Notes under the pieces: generated by a model | The model's input: only the letters and a program-made list of their open reading frames with translations | Told to the model about the DNA's origin: nothing | Database searches by the model: none | Program-made: the position numbers and the translations under genes | Shown: in pieces, positions 1 to 8,104 of the stretch | Layout: the number at the start of each line of letters is the position of its first letter | How positions within the stretch are numbered: the stretch's first letter is position 1 | From: Candidatus Micrarchaeia archaeon | GTDB taxonomy: Archaea; Micrarchaeota; Micrarchaeia; Micrarchaeales; CABMGC01 | Length of the DNA stretch: 12,172 bases | Direction: 5' to 3' | Assembly (NCBI GenBank): GCA_049966395.1 | Contig: JBMFUT010000022.1 | Span: forward strand, 1 to 12,172

Positions 1-83
1 CTCTCGAAGGCGCTAAGCCACAGGATCTTAAGTCCTGCGCATTTTTCTGTGGCTATTGCCAGACCAGACTCTGCCACCCCTGC
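1..83 (-). tRNA. tRNA-Leu(UAA), 5' part; T-loop and 3' acceptor strand run off the window; contains a 19-nt intron at position 20/21
   Basis: Reverse complement reads GCAGGGG TG GCAG AGTCTGGT [CTGGCAATAGCCACAGAAA] AATGC G CAGGA CT-TAA-GA TCCTG, then a long variable arm TGGCTTAGCGCCTTC and GAGAG. Anticodon stem CAGGA/TCCTG is perfect, anticodon at 28-30, and the long variable arm fits Leu. Confidence 0.93.
44..62 (-). other. Non-canonical tRNA intron in the D-loop with bulge-helix-bulge-like splice motif
   Basis: 4-bp central helix TCTG/CAGA, 3-nt bulge GTC, intron hairpin TGGC-AATA-GCCA, and an A-rich bulge/loop on the 3' side. Cutting after the second nt of each bulge restores a canonical D-arm (GCAGAGTCTGGT|AATGCG). 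Confidence 0.85.
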
Positions 84-109
84 TCGCGAAGCAGCCTATT
101 GCCGAAGGT

Positions 110-844
110 TTAAACGTATGCGGAAGGTCCTGTCGCATCGATAGCCTTGCTGTAGGTATCGTGCGATTCCTTCGTCTTCTTCAGTATTGATCGCGTCTTT
201 GCTTCTATTATCTTGGCCTCCCTTTCCAGGTCCTTTATGTCTATCTCTATGTTTATAAGTTTCTTCAAATTGAGGATTACTATCTCGGCGTTCTTTGGGT
301 CCATTTCGGCAGGATTCACTGGCACAAGAAGATCTATCGCGTGGAGGCCGTACTGCGCAGCGTTCGAAAGCAGTATTGCGCTCACTCCTGCCACTACGCC
401 CTCCTCTATTGGGCTTATGCCTGCCTTTGTGGCGCGCTCAAGCAATGACTTGTCTGACGATATGGCAAAGACAGTATTCGAAGACTTTTCCGCGGCTATG
501 CCGCCTATCGAAATTATCTCGTCTATGCCGTGCTTGCGGCAGAAGTCTATTATTTCGTAGCTCATCTGGTATACGGTTTCTACAGGTATTGTAAACTCTG
601 ATATTAGCGTTATTATCTTGTATTTGTCATCCTTGTATATCCTGACTGGGAAAAGGGGCGTGGCTCCATGTATGGCGGAGATTGGAGGGAAGGAGTCGCT
701 CTCGATATAACCTATGTATTCCATATTGAGCTTTTCTATTATGTAGCTGTTAACCATTGGCCCTACCAAGCCTACGCTCGGAAAGCCTTCAAGCAGCCTG
801 TAGCCACTCAGATTGTAATCCTTCAGCAAATTTATCTTTATCAT
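110..844 (-). CDS. Proteasome assembly chaperone (PAC2 / PbaA-PbaB family), 244 aa
   Basis: Motifs EGFPSVGLVG, IGYIESDSFPP, FPVRIY, IISIGG and GVSAILL; C-terminal coiled region ending in HbYX-like AYV. Start moved to ATG 844 (MIKINLL) because the ORF-track extension covers the TATA box (TTTATATA, 879-872). Confidence 0.9.
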   Translation of the reverse strand: MIKINLLKDYNLSGYRLLEGFPSVGLVGPMVNSYIIEKLNMEYIGYIESDSFPPISAIHGATPLFPVRIYKDDKYKIITLISEFTIPVETVYQMSYEIIDFCRKHGIDEIISIGGIAAEKSSNTVFAISSDKSLLERATKAGISPIEEGVVAGVSAILLSNAAQYGLHAIDLLVPVNPAEMDPKNAEIVILNLKKLINIEIDIKDLEREAKIIEAKTRSILKKTKESHDTYSKAIDATGPSAYV

Positions 845-954
845 GCAATCAGTAAACTTGAAAAATGAAAATATATAAAGCATAGCGAAACTTAGCAGAA
901 AGAACGCGGCTTTTCATGCATTATGTATTTTGCTGTCGATTTTTCGACGATAGA

Positions 955-992
955 TATATAAGCTTATTCTGTAGATAGATTATCGAGGGTGA
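955..992 (+). promoter_or_regulatory. TATA box (TATATAAG ~955-962) and Shine-Dalgarno GGTGA (988-992) of the 997 gene
   Basis: gatatataagc...gagGGTGA-atta-ATG; archaeal TATA and SD geometry. Confidence 0.6.
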
Positions 993-996
993 ATTA

Positions 997-1227
997 ATGG
1001 CTGAAAGAATAGGAAAGGAGAAAATAGAAAGAGAAGATGGATATCTCTACTATGTAGGAAAGGACGGTTATGCATGGCGCACTCCTATGAAGACAAACCC
1101 TAGGGGCAGAAAGGCAAAGGTAGGAAGCGAAAAGGTTAGCAGAGAGGAAGGCTACCTGTACTTCGTAGACAAGAGCGGCTACATAGCAAGGGCAAAGATG
1201 AACAGGAGAGGAAGGAGGGGAAGATAA
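997..1227 (+). CDS. Small basic protein (76 aa) made of two ~37-aa internal repeats; putative nucleic-acid-binding or nucleoid protein
   Basis: Repeats ERIGKEKIEREDGYLYYVGKDGYAWRTPM and AKVGSEKVSREEGYLYFVDKSGYIARAKM; RRGRRGR tail; strong SD and own promoter. Function is inferred. Confidence 0.8.
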   Translation: MAERIGKEKIEREDGYLYYVGKDGYAWRTPMKTNPRGRKAKVGSEKVSREEGYLYFVDKSGYIARAKMNRRGRRGR

Positions 1228-1232
1228 TTCTC

Positions 1233-1619
1233 CTAGTTTGATTGGTTAGTCTTTTTCTTGAAGATTAGCCAATCTTTTCCTTTTATTCTCAAGAGAACGT
1301 AGACCCCTTTTATTTTTTTGCCGTTTATCTCTATTTCTATCCTTTTTTCGTTCCATCGCAAAGGCGTGTAATAGCCGTAATCCCAAAGTATTACTTCGCC
1401 AGCACCATACATTCCCTCAGGTATAACGCCCTCGAAATGGGCGTATTCCAATTGGTGGTCCTCTGTTTCTATGGCAAGGTGCTTTGACTCGTCGACTGGA
1501 ATTCCTTTTGGCATCGCCCAGCTTTTGAGCACTCCTCCTTTCTCCAATCTTAGGTCATAATGCAGGTGCGATGCGTGATGCTCCTGCACCGAATAAATCA
1601 GCTTTCTGGATTTCTCCAT
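1233..1619 (-). CDS. Stand-alone LigD-type 3'-phosphoesterase (PE) domain protein
   Basis: Diagnostic motifs [34 protein letters not shown] and [21 protein letters not shown]. Start at ATG 1619 preferred because of TATA spacing; 1634 is the alternative. Confidence 0.92.
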   Translation of the reverse strand: MEKSRKLIYSVQEHHASHLHYDLRLEKGGVLKSWAMPKGIPVDESKHLAIETEDHQLEYAHFEGVIPEGMYGAGEVILWDYGYYTPLRWNEKRIEIEINGKKIKGVYVLLRIKGKDWLIFKKKTNQSN

Positions 1620-1634
1620 GATCCCGCTTCGCAT

Positions 1635-1653
1635 TAAAATATATTAAGCTTAA
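1635..1653. promoter_or_regulatory. Probable bidirectional TATA region between the divergent PE and amidohydrolase genes
   Basis: taaaatatattaagcttaa lies about 20-30 nt from both ATG 1619 (-) and ATG 1670 (+), consistent with leaderless transcripts in both directions. Confidence 0.5.
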
Positions 1654-1669
1654 CTCCCATCAAATAGCA

Positions 1670-2917
1670 ATGACAATAGCGATAAGAAATTGCATAATAA
1701 TAACACAGAACGGTGCAAGGGAAACTATAAGGGGCAGCATAGAGATAGAAGGCAACATAATAAGCAAGGTTGCCAAGGGATCTTCTCACATAGACACTTC
1801 TGATATTGTAATAGATGGAGATAGCCACATAGCGATGCCAGGCCTGATTAACACCCATACGCACGTCGGAATGAGCGCGGTGAGAGGCAATGTCGAGACA
1901 AAAAACCTTGACGCTTTCTTGAAGGACACTGAAGAATTCGACAGGCGCAACAATGAGAGGAGAATAGAAGCTTCCACGCTGATCGGCGTCGCGGAGATGC
2001 TGCGCACAGGCACTACTGCATTCCTTGACCTGTACTATTCGGAGGACGTGATAGCAAAGGTAGTAGATAAAATAGGCATGAGAGCCTATCTTGCGTGGGT
2101 GGTCCTAGACAAGGAGTTCACTACCCAGAAAGGCAACCCGATAGACAATGCAAGGAGGTTCGTAGAGAGCAGATTGAGAAGCAGCATAATCAAGCCGGCT
2201 TTTGGCCTCCAGGGTGTATATGTCTGCTCTAAGGAAACAATTTCAAAAACGGAGGAGCTTGCCGCTAAGTATAACACAGTATTGCACATGCACCTTTCCG
2301 AAACTAAGGAAGAGATAATTGGCAGCCTGAAGCGCTACGGAAAAAGGCCGGTTGAGTGGCTCTATGACAACGGCCTGCTTTCGAAAAGGCTTGTCGCGGC
2401 ACATGCCGTATGGCTGGAAAATAAAGAAATCAAAATGCTTGCCAAAAGCGGAGTTACTGTATCCTACAATGTCGCGAGTAACATGAGGCTCGGAAGCGGC
2501 AGGGCAAGAATAGGCGCATTGCTTAAAAATGGAGTAAATGTCACCCTGGGCACCGACAGCACAGCAAGCAATGATAACTTAGACATGTTCCAGGGGATTA
2601 AAATAGCCGCCCTTGAAAACAGGCTTTCTCCCAGCGCCGCGCTGGATTTTGCCACCGTCAACGCCGCGCGGGCTCTTGGATACAATGGCGGCAGCATAGA
2701 GGAAGGCAAGCTGGCAGACATAATAATGCTTGACGCAAGGCAACCGCAACTCCTTCTTACAACAGAAAGGAACGCACAAAGCAATGCTGTGTATTCCGCG
2801 GAAGGACTCAACGTAGACTGCAGCATAATTGACGGCAAAGTGCTTATGGAAAACGGAGAATTCACAACCTTAGATTACGACGCGGCGATAGAAAAAATAA
2901 ATTCCGTTTTTGATTAG
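1670..2917 (+). CDS. Metal-dependent amidohydrolase, MTA/SAH-deaminase-like (substrate uncertain), 415 aa
   Basis: PGLINTHTH (HxH), EMLRTGTT, HMHLSET, AAHAVWL, LGTDS and GSIEEGKLADI motifs. Confidence 0.88.
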   Translation: MTIAIRNCIIITQNGARETIRGSIEIEGNIISKVAKGSSHIDTSDIVIDGDSHIAMPGLINTHTHVGMSAVRGNVETKNLDAFLKDTEEFDRRNNERRIEASTLIGVAEMLRTGTTAFLDLYYSEDVIAKVVDKIGMRAYLAWVVLDKEFTTQKGNPIDNARRFVESRLRSSIIKPAFGLQGVYVCSKETISKTEELAAKYNTVLHMHLSETKEEIIGSLKRYGKRPVEWLYDNGLLSKRLVAAHAVWLENKEIKMLAKSGVTVSYNVASNMRLGSGRARIGALLKNGVNVTLGTDSTASNDNLDMFQGIKIAALENRLSPSAALDFATVNAARALGYNGGSIEEGKLADIIMLDARQPQLLLTTERNAQSNAVYSAEGLNVDCSIIDGKVLMENGEFTTLDYDAAIEKINSVFD

Positions 2918-3970
2918 TCACGATTCAAAGAATGCACTTAGCCTCTTCATCGCCTCGAGCTTTTCTTGCCTGTCAATGTTCGAGGCGTCAATTATGTAGT
3001 TCATGCTTTCTATGACTTTGTCGTATGTGCTCCGCTGCACAGGAAAAGGTATGCCATCTTTTCCGCCGAGATTGTAAGCGAATGCGGCCGGATCGCGATA
3101 GGCCAGCTCCTTGCCAAAAATCAATGATGCCACGAAAGCAAGGGATCTCAGTGTTGATCTGCCAACTCCCTTGACCAGCAGAAGCTCCCTGTAGTCCTTC
3201 GGCTCAGCTTCGCTCGCTCTAATTATTGCCTTTCTCGCTGCTGCACTGACATCCACATTGTAGAGAAGCGCATGACGCTGCGGATACGACTTAGTTACAA
3301 TGTTGCTGTATTCTTCCAGCGCGTCAAGGCTTGCTTCCCTGGCCCACTTGTTTTCAACATACGTGAGATCAAGAGAAACCTTGTGCGTTCTAGATGAAAT
3401 CGCCGAATGGGGCTCGTTTGCAACATCCCGCTTGTCAATATAATCGCTGAACCACTGGAACCTTATTGCATTCCCACCTTTCTGCTCCATCGCCTGCTGC
3501 ACTACTGCCCACTTGTTCCTTGTGAATATGAAAGAATGGTGGTAGATGCCTATGTTGTCATAAATCATGGATGAATCGATCTTTGCGGCAAGCCTGCTGG
3601 TCTGCTTGAATTCTTCAGCATTTTGTGGAATGGAAAGCGCGTCTACGCCTTCTTCTATGTCGTTGGGGGTGTTTGTGCCAGACTTTCCCTTGCCTCCGGC
3701 TATATAGATTTCTTTAGTGTCGTTGAGCGCCTCCTTGAGCGCGCCTATCGTCACGGTCGTCGTGCCGCTGCTGTGCCAGTCATAGCCTATTGCGCATGCG
3801 AGAGCCTGGAACCAGTTAGGATCGCTTAGCCTTCTCACGAGCTCGTCGGCGCCGTAATTGTCCATTATAGCAACAGATATTGCGCGGCCGAGCTTGACCA
3901 TCCTCCCATAAAGCCATCTTGGCGCCTTGCCGCCATGCAGAGGCAGCGTCGTAGCATAGTGCACGCGCAT
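2918..3970 (-). CDS. DUF763 family protein (uncharacterised; HhH-like motif), 350 aa
   Basis: LPLHGGKAPRWLYGRMVKL, DPNWFQALACAIGYDWHSSGTTT, AGGKGK, LAAKIDS, YHHSF, WAVVQQ and GGKDGIPFPV match my recollection of DUF763; LLLVKGVGRSTL is HhH-like. Confidence 0.85.
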   Translation of the reverse strand: MRVHYATTLPLHGGKAPRWLYGRMVKLGRAISVAIMDNYGADELVRRLSDPNWFQALACAIGYDWHSSGTTTVTIGALKEALNDTKEIYIAGGKGKSGTNTPNDIEEGVDALSIPQNAEEFKQTSRLAAKIDSSMIYDNIGIYHHSFIFTRNKWAVVQQAMEQKGGNAIRFQWFSDYIDKRDVANEPHSAISSRTHKVSLDLTYVENKWAREASLDALEEYSNIVTKSYPQRHALLYNVDVSAAARKAIIRASEAEPKDYRELLLVKGVGRSTLRSLAFVASLIFGKELAYRDPAAFAYNLGGKDGIPFPVQRSTYDKVIESMNYIIDASNIDRQEKLEAMKRLSAFFES

Positions 3971-3984
3971 CACTTTTTATTCTT

Positions 3985-4059
3985 CGGGCATGGCGGGATT
4001 TGAACCCGCAACCTTCGGCTCCGCAAGCCGGCGCGCTATCCAAGTTACGCCACATGCCC
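3985..4059 (-). tRNA. tRNA-Arg(GCG), intronless, CCA not encoded
   Basis: Reverse complement GGGCATG TG GCGT AACTTGGATA GCGC G CCGGC TT-GCG-GA GCCGA AGGTT GCGGG TTCAAAT CCCGC CATGCCC G. Perfect acceptor and T stems; anticodon at 4022-4024. Confidence 0.95.
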
Positions 4060-4142
4060 AGCTGATATCTTTTTATATATTTTGAATTAATAAACTTATA
4101 CTTAACCTAACCGGTTTATTAGATTATGCTTATGGTGATTTT

Positions 4143-4310
4143 ATAGCATCTTTGCCAGGAAAAACATGCATATCGTGCGGCAGGCTTACCAAAGACTATG
4201 TGGAATTCAAGTGCCCTAACTGCGGCAAGGCAAACATAGTCAGGTGCTCCCACTGCAGGGAGACATATGTTAGGTACAAGTGCCCAGAGTGCGGATTCGA
4301 GGGACCTTAA
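4143..4310 (+). CDS. Zn-ribbon RNA-binding protein (DUF1610 / HVO_2753-like), ~55 aa; missing from the ORF track
   Basis: (M)ASLPGKTCISCGRLTKDYVEFKCPNCGKANIVRCSHCRETYVRYKCPECGFEGP*: four CxxC motifs and the family's CGFEGP end. It sits directly upstream of aEF-1beta (conserved archaeal arrangement) with a TAATG overlap. Start is ATA 4143 or TTG 4152. Confidence 0.92.
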   Translation: MASLPGKTCISCGRLTKDYVEFKCPNCGKANIVRCSHCRETYVRYKCPECGFEGP

Positions 4311-4552
4311 TGTCAGATGTTGGAGTTCTTTTCAAAGTATACCCTGAAAACGGAAAGGAAGAAGAAATCAGCAAGCGTATAGCGGAGCTCAAGCCTTCCG
4401 GAATACAACTTGAAGACGTGGCATTCGGGATAAAAGTGATAAAGGTTCTTTTCATACACGACGACAAGGAAGGAAGCAGCATTTTCGAGGAAAAGCTGAA
4501 GCAGATACCGGGGGTTAGGGAAGTGGAAGTCGAAGAAGAGAGCTTAATATGA
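4310..4552 (+). CDS. ef1b: Translation elongation factor aEF-1beta, 80 aa
   Basis: MSDVGVLFKVYPE...EDVAFGIKVIKV...EEKLKQIPGVREVEV. True start is ATG 4310, overlapping the upstream TAA. Confidence 0.92.
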   Translation: MSDVGVLFKVYPENGKEEEISKRIAELKPSGIQLEDVAFGIKVIKVLFIHDDKEGSSIFEEKLKQIPGVREVEVEEESLI

Positions 4553-5029
4553 ATGCGCCATCCTGCGCACTTTCTTTAGGCGTTTTGTTATAGATTTCCA
4601 GTGAGTGCCCTTCCAGTATATTTTGCCGCATTTTTTGCACATGTAGAAGTACCTGTTTTTATCATATGCAAGCTGAGGAACCTTGCCAGCCACTTCGCTC
4701 TTTTTTACCCTTTCGAGCTTTCCGCCGCACTTGGTGCATATTTTAGAGTTTGAAACTCCTATGCGCAGCTTCAGTGAGCGCGCCACGAATGCAAGTTGAT
4801 CGTCTATGCTGGCTTCGGGCACGTAGAGCACTTTGAATTTCCTGCGCCTGGCGCGAAGCGAAAGCTCCCTATCGGAAGTCAGCAACATTGCGTTTTTTCT
4901 TTTTACAGAAGCTATGAGCCTGTTGTCGTCAGTTATCGCGGCGGCTTCGACCTCTATGCCTGCGAGCCTTAACCATCTTGCAAGCTTTGCAAGCATGACG
5001 TCTGCAACCAGCCTTTGATGTTTTCCCAT
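4544..5029 (-). CDS. Mut7-C RNase domain protein (PIN fold with Zn ribbon), 161 aa
   Basis: VADVMLAKLARWLRLAG, LLTSDREL, CTKCGG and CKKCGKIYWKGTHW. Confidence 0.9.
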   Translation of the reverse strand: MGKHQRLVADVMLAKLARWLRLAGIEVEAAAITDDNRLIASVKRKNAMLLTSDRELSLRARRRKFKVLYVPEASIDDQLAFVARSLKLRIGVSNSKICTKCGGKLERVKKSEVAGKVPQLAYDKNRYFYMCKKCGKIYWKGTHWKSITKRLKKVRRMAHSY

Positions 5030-5154
5030 TTTACCATCGACATTGACCTATATCCCGCGAATTGACGCTCTGGCTTATCGCCCGGTCTGATTTGCTATTC
5101 AACAAATGGTATACAAGCTTTATATTTTTGATTAGGCAAAATAGAAAGGAGGAA

Positions 5155-7452
5155 ATGATAAACGAGATTCAGCTAATAAACTGGAAAGCGCACAAGGACA
5201 CGAAGTTGAGATTTGTAAAAGGCACAAATGTGCTTATGGGAGTCATGGGCGCAGGCAAAAGTTCTGTCCTCGACGCCATATCGTATGCGCTTTTCGGTAC
5301 TTATCCCGCGTTGCAGCACAAGCGCAGCAGCGTTGCAGGCATAATAAAAAGCAGGCCGGCACAAGAGCAGGAAGCAGTGGTCAGGCTCTCTTTCAGCGTG
5401 GGAAAAGATGTCTACGATATAGAAAGAAGAATAGCGTTGAATGGCACAACAAAGGCTGTGCTTAACAAGAATGGGGAATATCTGCAATCGCAGCCCCAGC
5501 GCGTCACTGAGACAGTAGAAAAGGTGCTTAAGGTTGAATACGACCTGTTTTCAAGGGCGGTATACTCCGAGCAAAACAGGCTCGACTACTTCTTAGAACT
5601 CAGGGCCGCTGACAGGAAAAGCCAGATAGACGAGCTGCTAGGGCTAGACAAATTCAGCATCGCGATAGAAAACGCGACAACGCTGGCTAACAGGATAAGC
5701 GAGATGGTCAGCGACCAGGAGGCCGACATGGCAAGGCTTGATGTTGATAAAATAAAAGCAGAAAGGGATTCGCTCAACAAGGAAAAAGAAGAGATTGCGG
5801 CTGAGGCGAAAAGGATTGAATCTGAACTTGCAAAAAAGACAGCCAACTTGGCAAAACTTGAAGAGGAGCTCAAAAGGGTCAAAGAACTTTACAACAGGAA
5901 GAACGCGCTGGCCAAGGAAATTGCCGAATCCAAAAGCAAGCTGGAAGTCCTCAAGAGCGAAATAAGCAAAATAGAGAGTAAGGGGCTCGGCGATTACGCC
6001 TCGATAGAATCGAATCTGAAGAAAGCCAAGGATGAACTGGATAGGCTGAAGGCCGAAGATGCGCGCATAAGGGAAATCGAAGGCGAGGCCAAAAGGAATT
6101 CGGCAAGGGCAGCGGCAGAGCTCAAGCAAATAGAAGAGAAGATTGCAGAGCGCAACAAGCTGGAAGCCGAGATCGGAGGCAAAAACCTGAAGGACGCCGA
6201 AAGAAGCCTTGAGGGCAATATAGAGGCGGCAAAAAAACTGGAAAACGAGATTGCAAGCCTCAGGGCAAAGAAGAAGGAAGTGGACAACTGGATCGCTGAA
6301 CTGGAAAAGCACATAACGCAGTGTCCAGTGTGCGAAAGGGAACTTTCAGAGGAGATGAAGAACAGGCTCCTGGAGGGCAAGAGGGAACAGTCCAAAAGCC
6401 TTGAAGATTCCGCCGCTGAAGCTGCAAAATCGCTCGCGAAATTGAACAAAAAGATAGAAGAAGATAGGGACGCGCTTTACAAGCTCAAGGGGGATTTGTC
6501 AAAAATGGAGTCGTTTGCCGGCATAGACGATAGGCTTTCCATTGTCAAAGGGAGCCTGGAAAAGTACGCTGCTGAAGAAGTCAAGGCAAAAGAGAGCTAT
6601 GAAAACAACAGGAAGATGATAGATGCGGCAAACGAAAGGTTCGCGCAGCTCAGTTCGGCTCTTGAAACTATGAAGAGGCTTTCCTCTTACATTGAAGAAG
6701 AGAAGAGAACAAACAAAATACTAAAAGAAAAGGAGATGGAATTCAATAGTTTAGACGTGGACGAATCGCGATTAGACAGCGTAACAAGGGCGTATGGTGA
6801 CACCAAGGCGGAAATAAGCGGGATGAAGGTAGACTACGATGCCAAAAAAAAGGCTATAAACGAAAAAGAGAAGCAGGTAATAGACAAGGATGAGCAGATA
6901 GAAAAAATAGAAAAGGCTTACGCGGAAATAAAAGAGAGAAAGAAGGTAGCGGAAGGCGTAAAAAAATTCAAGAACGCGCTTTCCGAAACGCAGGGAGTCC
7001 TCAGGAGCAAGCTGATAAACTCGATAAACAGCGTCATGCAAGAGATATGGCCTGAAATTTATCCGTATGGGGATTACAGCAGCATAATGCTAGAAGGAAC
7101 AAGCTCAGACTACGTGCTCAAGCTCAAGACAAACACGGGATCGTGGGAAGAGGTTAACGCAATTGCAAGCGGAGGCGAGAGAAGCATAGCGTGCCTAGCT
7201 ATGCGGGTGGCGTTCGCAATGGTGCTCGTGCCAAACTTGAGATGGATAATACTCGACGAGCCCACGCACAACATAGACAGACAGGGGCTTTCAAGGTTTG
7301 CGCAGGTTTTCAATGAAACCTTGCCGAAGATAATAGACCAGGTTTTTATAATAACGCACGACGAATTCTTAAGGCAGGCGGCAAACGCTAAAGTCTATAT
7401 ACTAAGCAGGGACAAAGACAAGGACGGCGCCACTGTGGTAGAAGAGGCGTGA
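5155..7452 (+). CDS. rad50: Rad50/SbcC-type SMC-family ATPase, 765 aa
   Basis: Walker A GVMGAGKSS, Q-loop YSEQ, long coiled coils with central zinc hook CPVC, signature ASGGE, Walker B/D-loop ILDEPTHNID, H-loop IITHD. Start ATG 5155 follows AAGGAGG. Confidence 0.9.
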   Translation: MINEIQLINWKAHKDTKLRFVKGTNVLMGVMGAGKSSVLDAISYALFGTYPALQHKRSSVAGIIKSRPAQEQEAVVRLSFSVGKDVYDIERRIALNGTTKAVLNKNGEYLQSQPQRVTETVEKVLKVEYDLFSRAVYSEQNRLDYFLELRAADRKSQIDELLGLDKFSIAIENATTLANRISEMVSDQEADMARLDVDKIKAERDSLNKEKEEIAAEAKRIESELAKKTANLAKLEEELKRVKELYNRKNALAKEIAESKSKLEVLKSEISKIESKGLGDYASIESNLKKAKDELDRLKAEDARIREIEGEAKRNSARAAAELKQIEEKIAERNKLEAEIGGKNLKDAERSLEGNIEAAKKLENEIASLRAKKKEVDNWIAELEKHITQCPVCERELSEEMKNRLLEGKREQSKSLEDSAAEAAKSLAKLNKKIEEDRDALYKLKGDLSKMESFAGIDDRLSIVKGSLEKYAAEEVKAKESYENNRKMIDAANERFAQLSSALETMKRLSSYIEEEKRTNKILKEKEMEFNSLDVDESRLDSVTRAYGDTKAEISGMKVDYDAKKKAINEKEKQVIDKDEQIEKIEKAYAEIKERKKVAEGVKKFKNALSETQGVLRSKLINSINSVMQEIWPEIYPYGDYSSIMLEGTSSDYVLKLKTNTGSWEEVNAIASGGERSIACLAMRVAFAMVLVPNLRWIILDEPTHNIDRQGLSRFAQVFNETLPKIIDQVFIITHDEFLRQAANAKVYILSRDKDKDGATVVEEA

Positions 7453-7453
7453 A

Positions 7454-8104
7454 TCAGCCCTTGTACGCCTCATTCAGATATTCGAGGAAGTTTTCCTCCG
7501 GCAATGCGCCCTCGAAAGAAACAGTGTCGTTTATCACTATTTTCGGCACTGCCATCACGTTGTAGCTGTTTGCGAGCTCCGGAAACTCCATCGATTCTAT
7601 CATGCTGCCCTTTATCTTATCGTTCTCCATTGCAAACTGGTGCGCCATTCTTACCGCCCTTGGGCAATACGGGCATGTTGGCGTGACGAAAACCTTTATG
7701 TCCATTGGCTTGTCTATCTTCTTCAGCGCCGCTTTTGTAGCTTCAGAAAGCCTTGTCTTGTTGTTCGAAGCGTCTACTATATCTTCTAGCAACGCCGCGA
7801 ATTCATGCCCGGCCGGAATGCCGAAATAGATGGCGCTGTATATTTTAGAGCCTCCTATTACCAAAGCGGGCACCTTGTCAACACCGAGGAATTTCGCCTC
7901 CTTCTGATGTTCCGAGATGTTGTAAACAGTGAGTTTTATCTTGCTGCTTAGAGCCGAAACCTCGCCAAGAAGTTCCTCTGTGTCTTTGCAGTACTGACAC
8001 TTTTCCTTTGAATCGACGAAAAGCATGAGCTTCACTTCGCCGCCAAGGTTTTTCTCAAACAGCTCCTTTACATATTTCTTGTCTTGCTCTTTTAGGAATT
8101 CTAT
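7454..8104 (-). CDS. Protein disulfide oxidoreductase (two thioredoxin folds, PDO / AhpF-NTD-like), 216 aa, probable ATA start
   Basis: Active sites CQYC and CPYC, plus DKVPA, GIPAGHEF, VMAVPKIVIN and FEGALPE. The frame extends 23 codons upstream of GTG 8035 as (M)EFLKEQDKKYVKELFEKNLGGEVKL, which resembles the usual N-terminal helix of the family. Confidence 0.9.
   Translation of the reverse strand: MEFLKEQDKKYVKELFEKNLGGEVKLMLFVDSKEKCQYCKDTEELLGEVSALSSKIKLTVYNISEHQKEAKFLGVDKVPALVIGGSKIYSAIYFGIPAGHEFAALLEDIVDASNNKTRLSEATKAALKKIDKPMDIKVFVTPTCPYCPRAVRMAHQFAMENDKIKGSMIESMEFPELANSYNVMAVPKIVINDTVSFEGALPEENFLEYLNEAYKG

Noticed and set aside
3816..4055. 79-aa minus-strand ORF in the track
   Set aside because: It is a translation of tRNA-Arg plus an off-frame part of DUF763.
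3985..4059. tRNA-Arg as an integration site, or as a pseudogene because of a C27-A43 mismatch
   Set aside because: No integrase or duplicated tRNA 3' end was seen in the window; a single mismatch at the top of the anticodon stem is tolerated and all other stems are intact.
4544..5029. Mut7-C PIN protein as the toxin of a toxin-antitoxin pair
   Set aside because: No adjacent co-oriented antitoxin-like gene; stand-alone Mut7-C genes are common in archaea.
5062..5154. N-terminal extension of Rad50 in the ORF track (similar extensions for PAC2 845-883, FtsZ 9223-9384, PolX 9263-9337 and aEF-1beta 4280-4309)
   Set aside because: They run through TATA/SD elements or neighbouring genes and precede the family-typical N-termini.
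5586..7313. Several long antisense ORFs (up to 222 aa) inside rad50
   Set aside because: Ser/Phe/Leu-rich shadows of the Glu/Lys-rich coiled-coil codons; no motifs or start signals.
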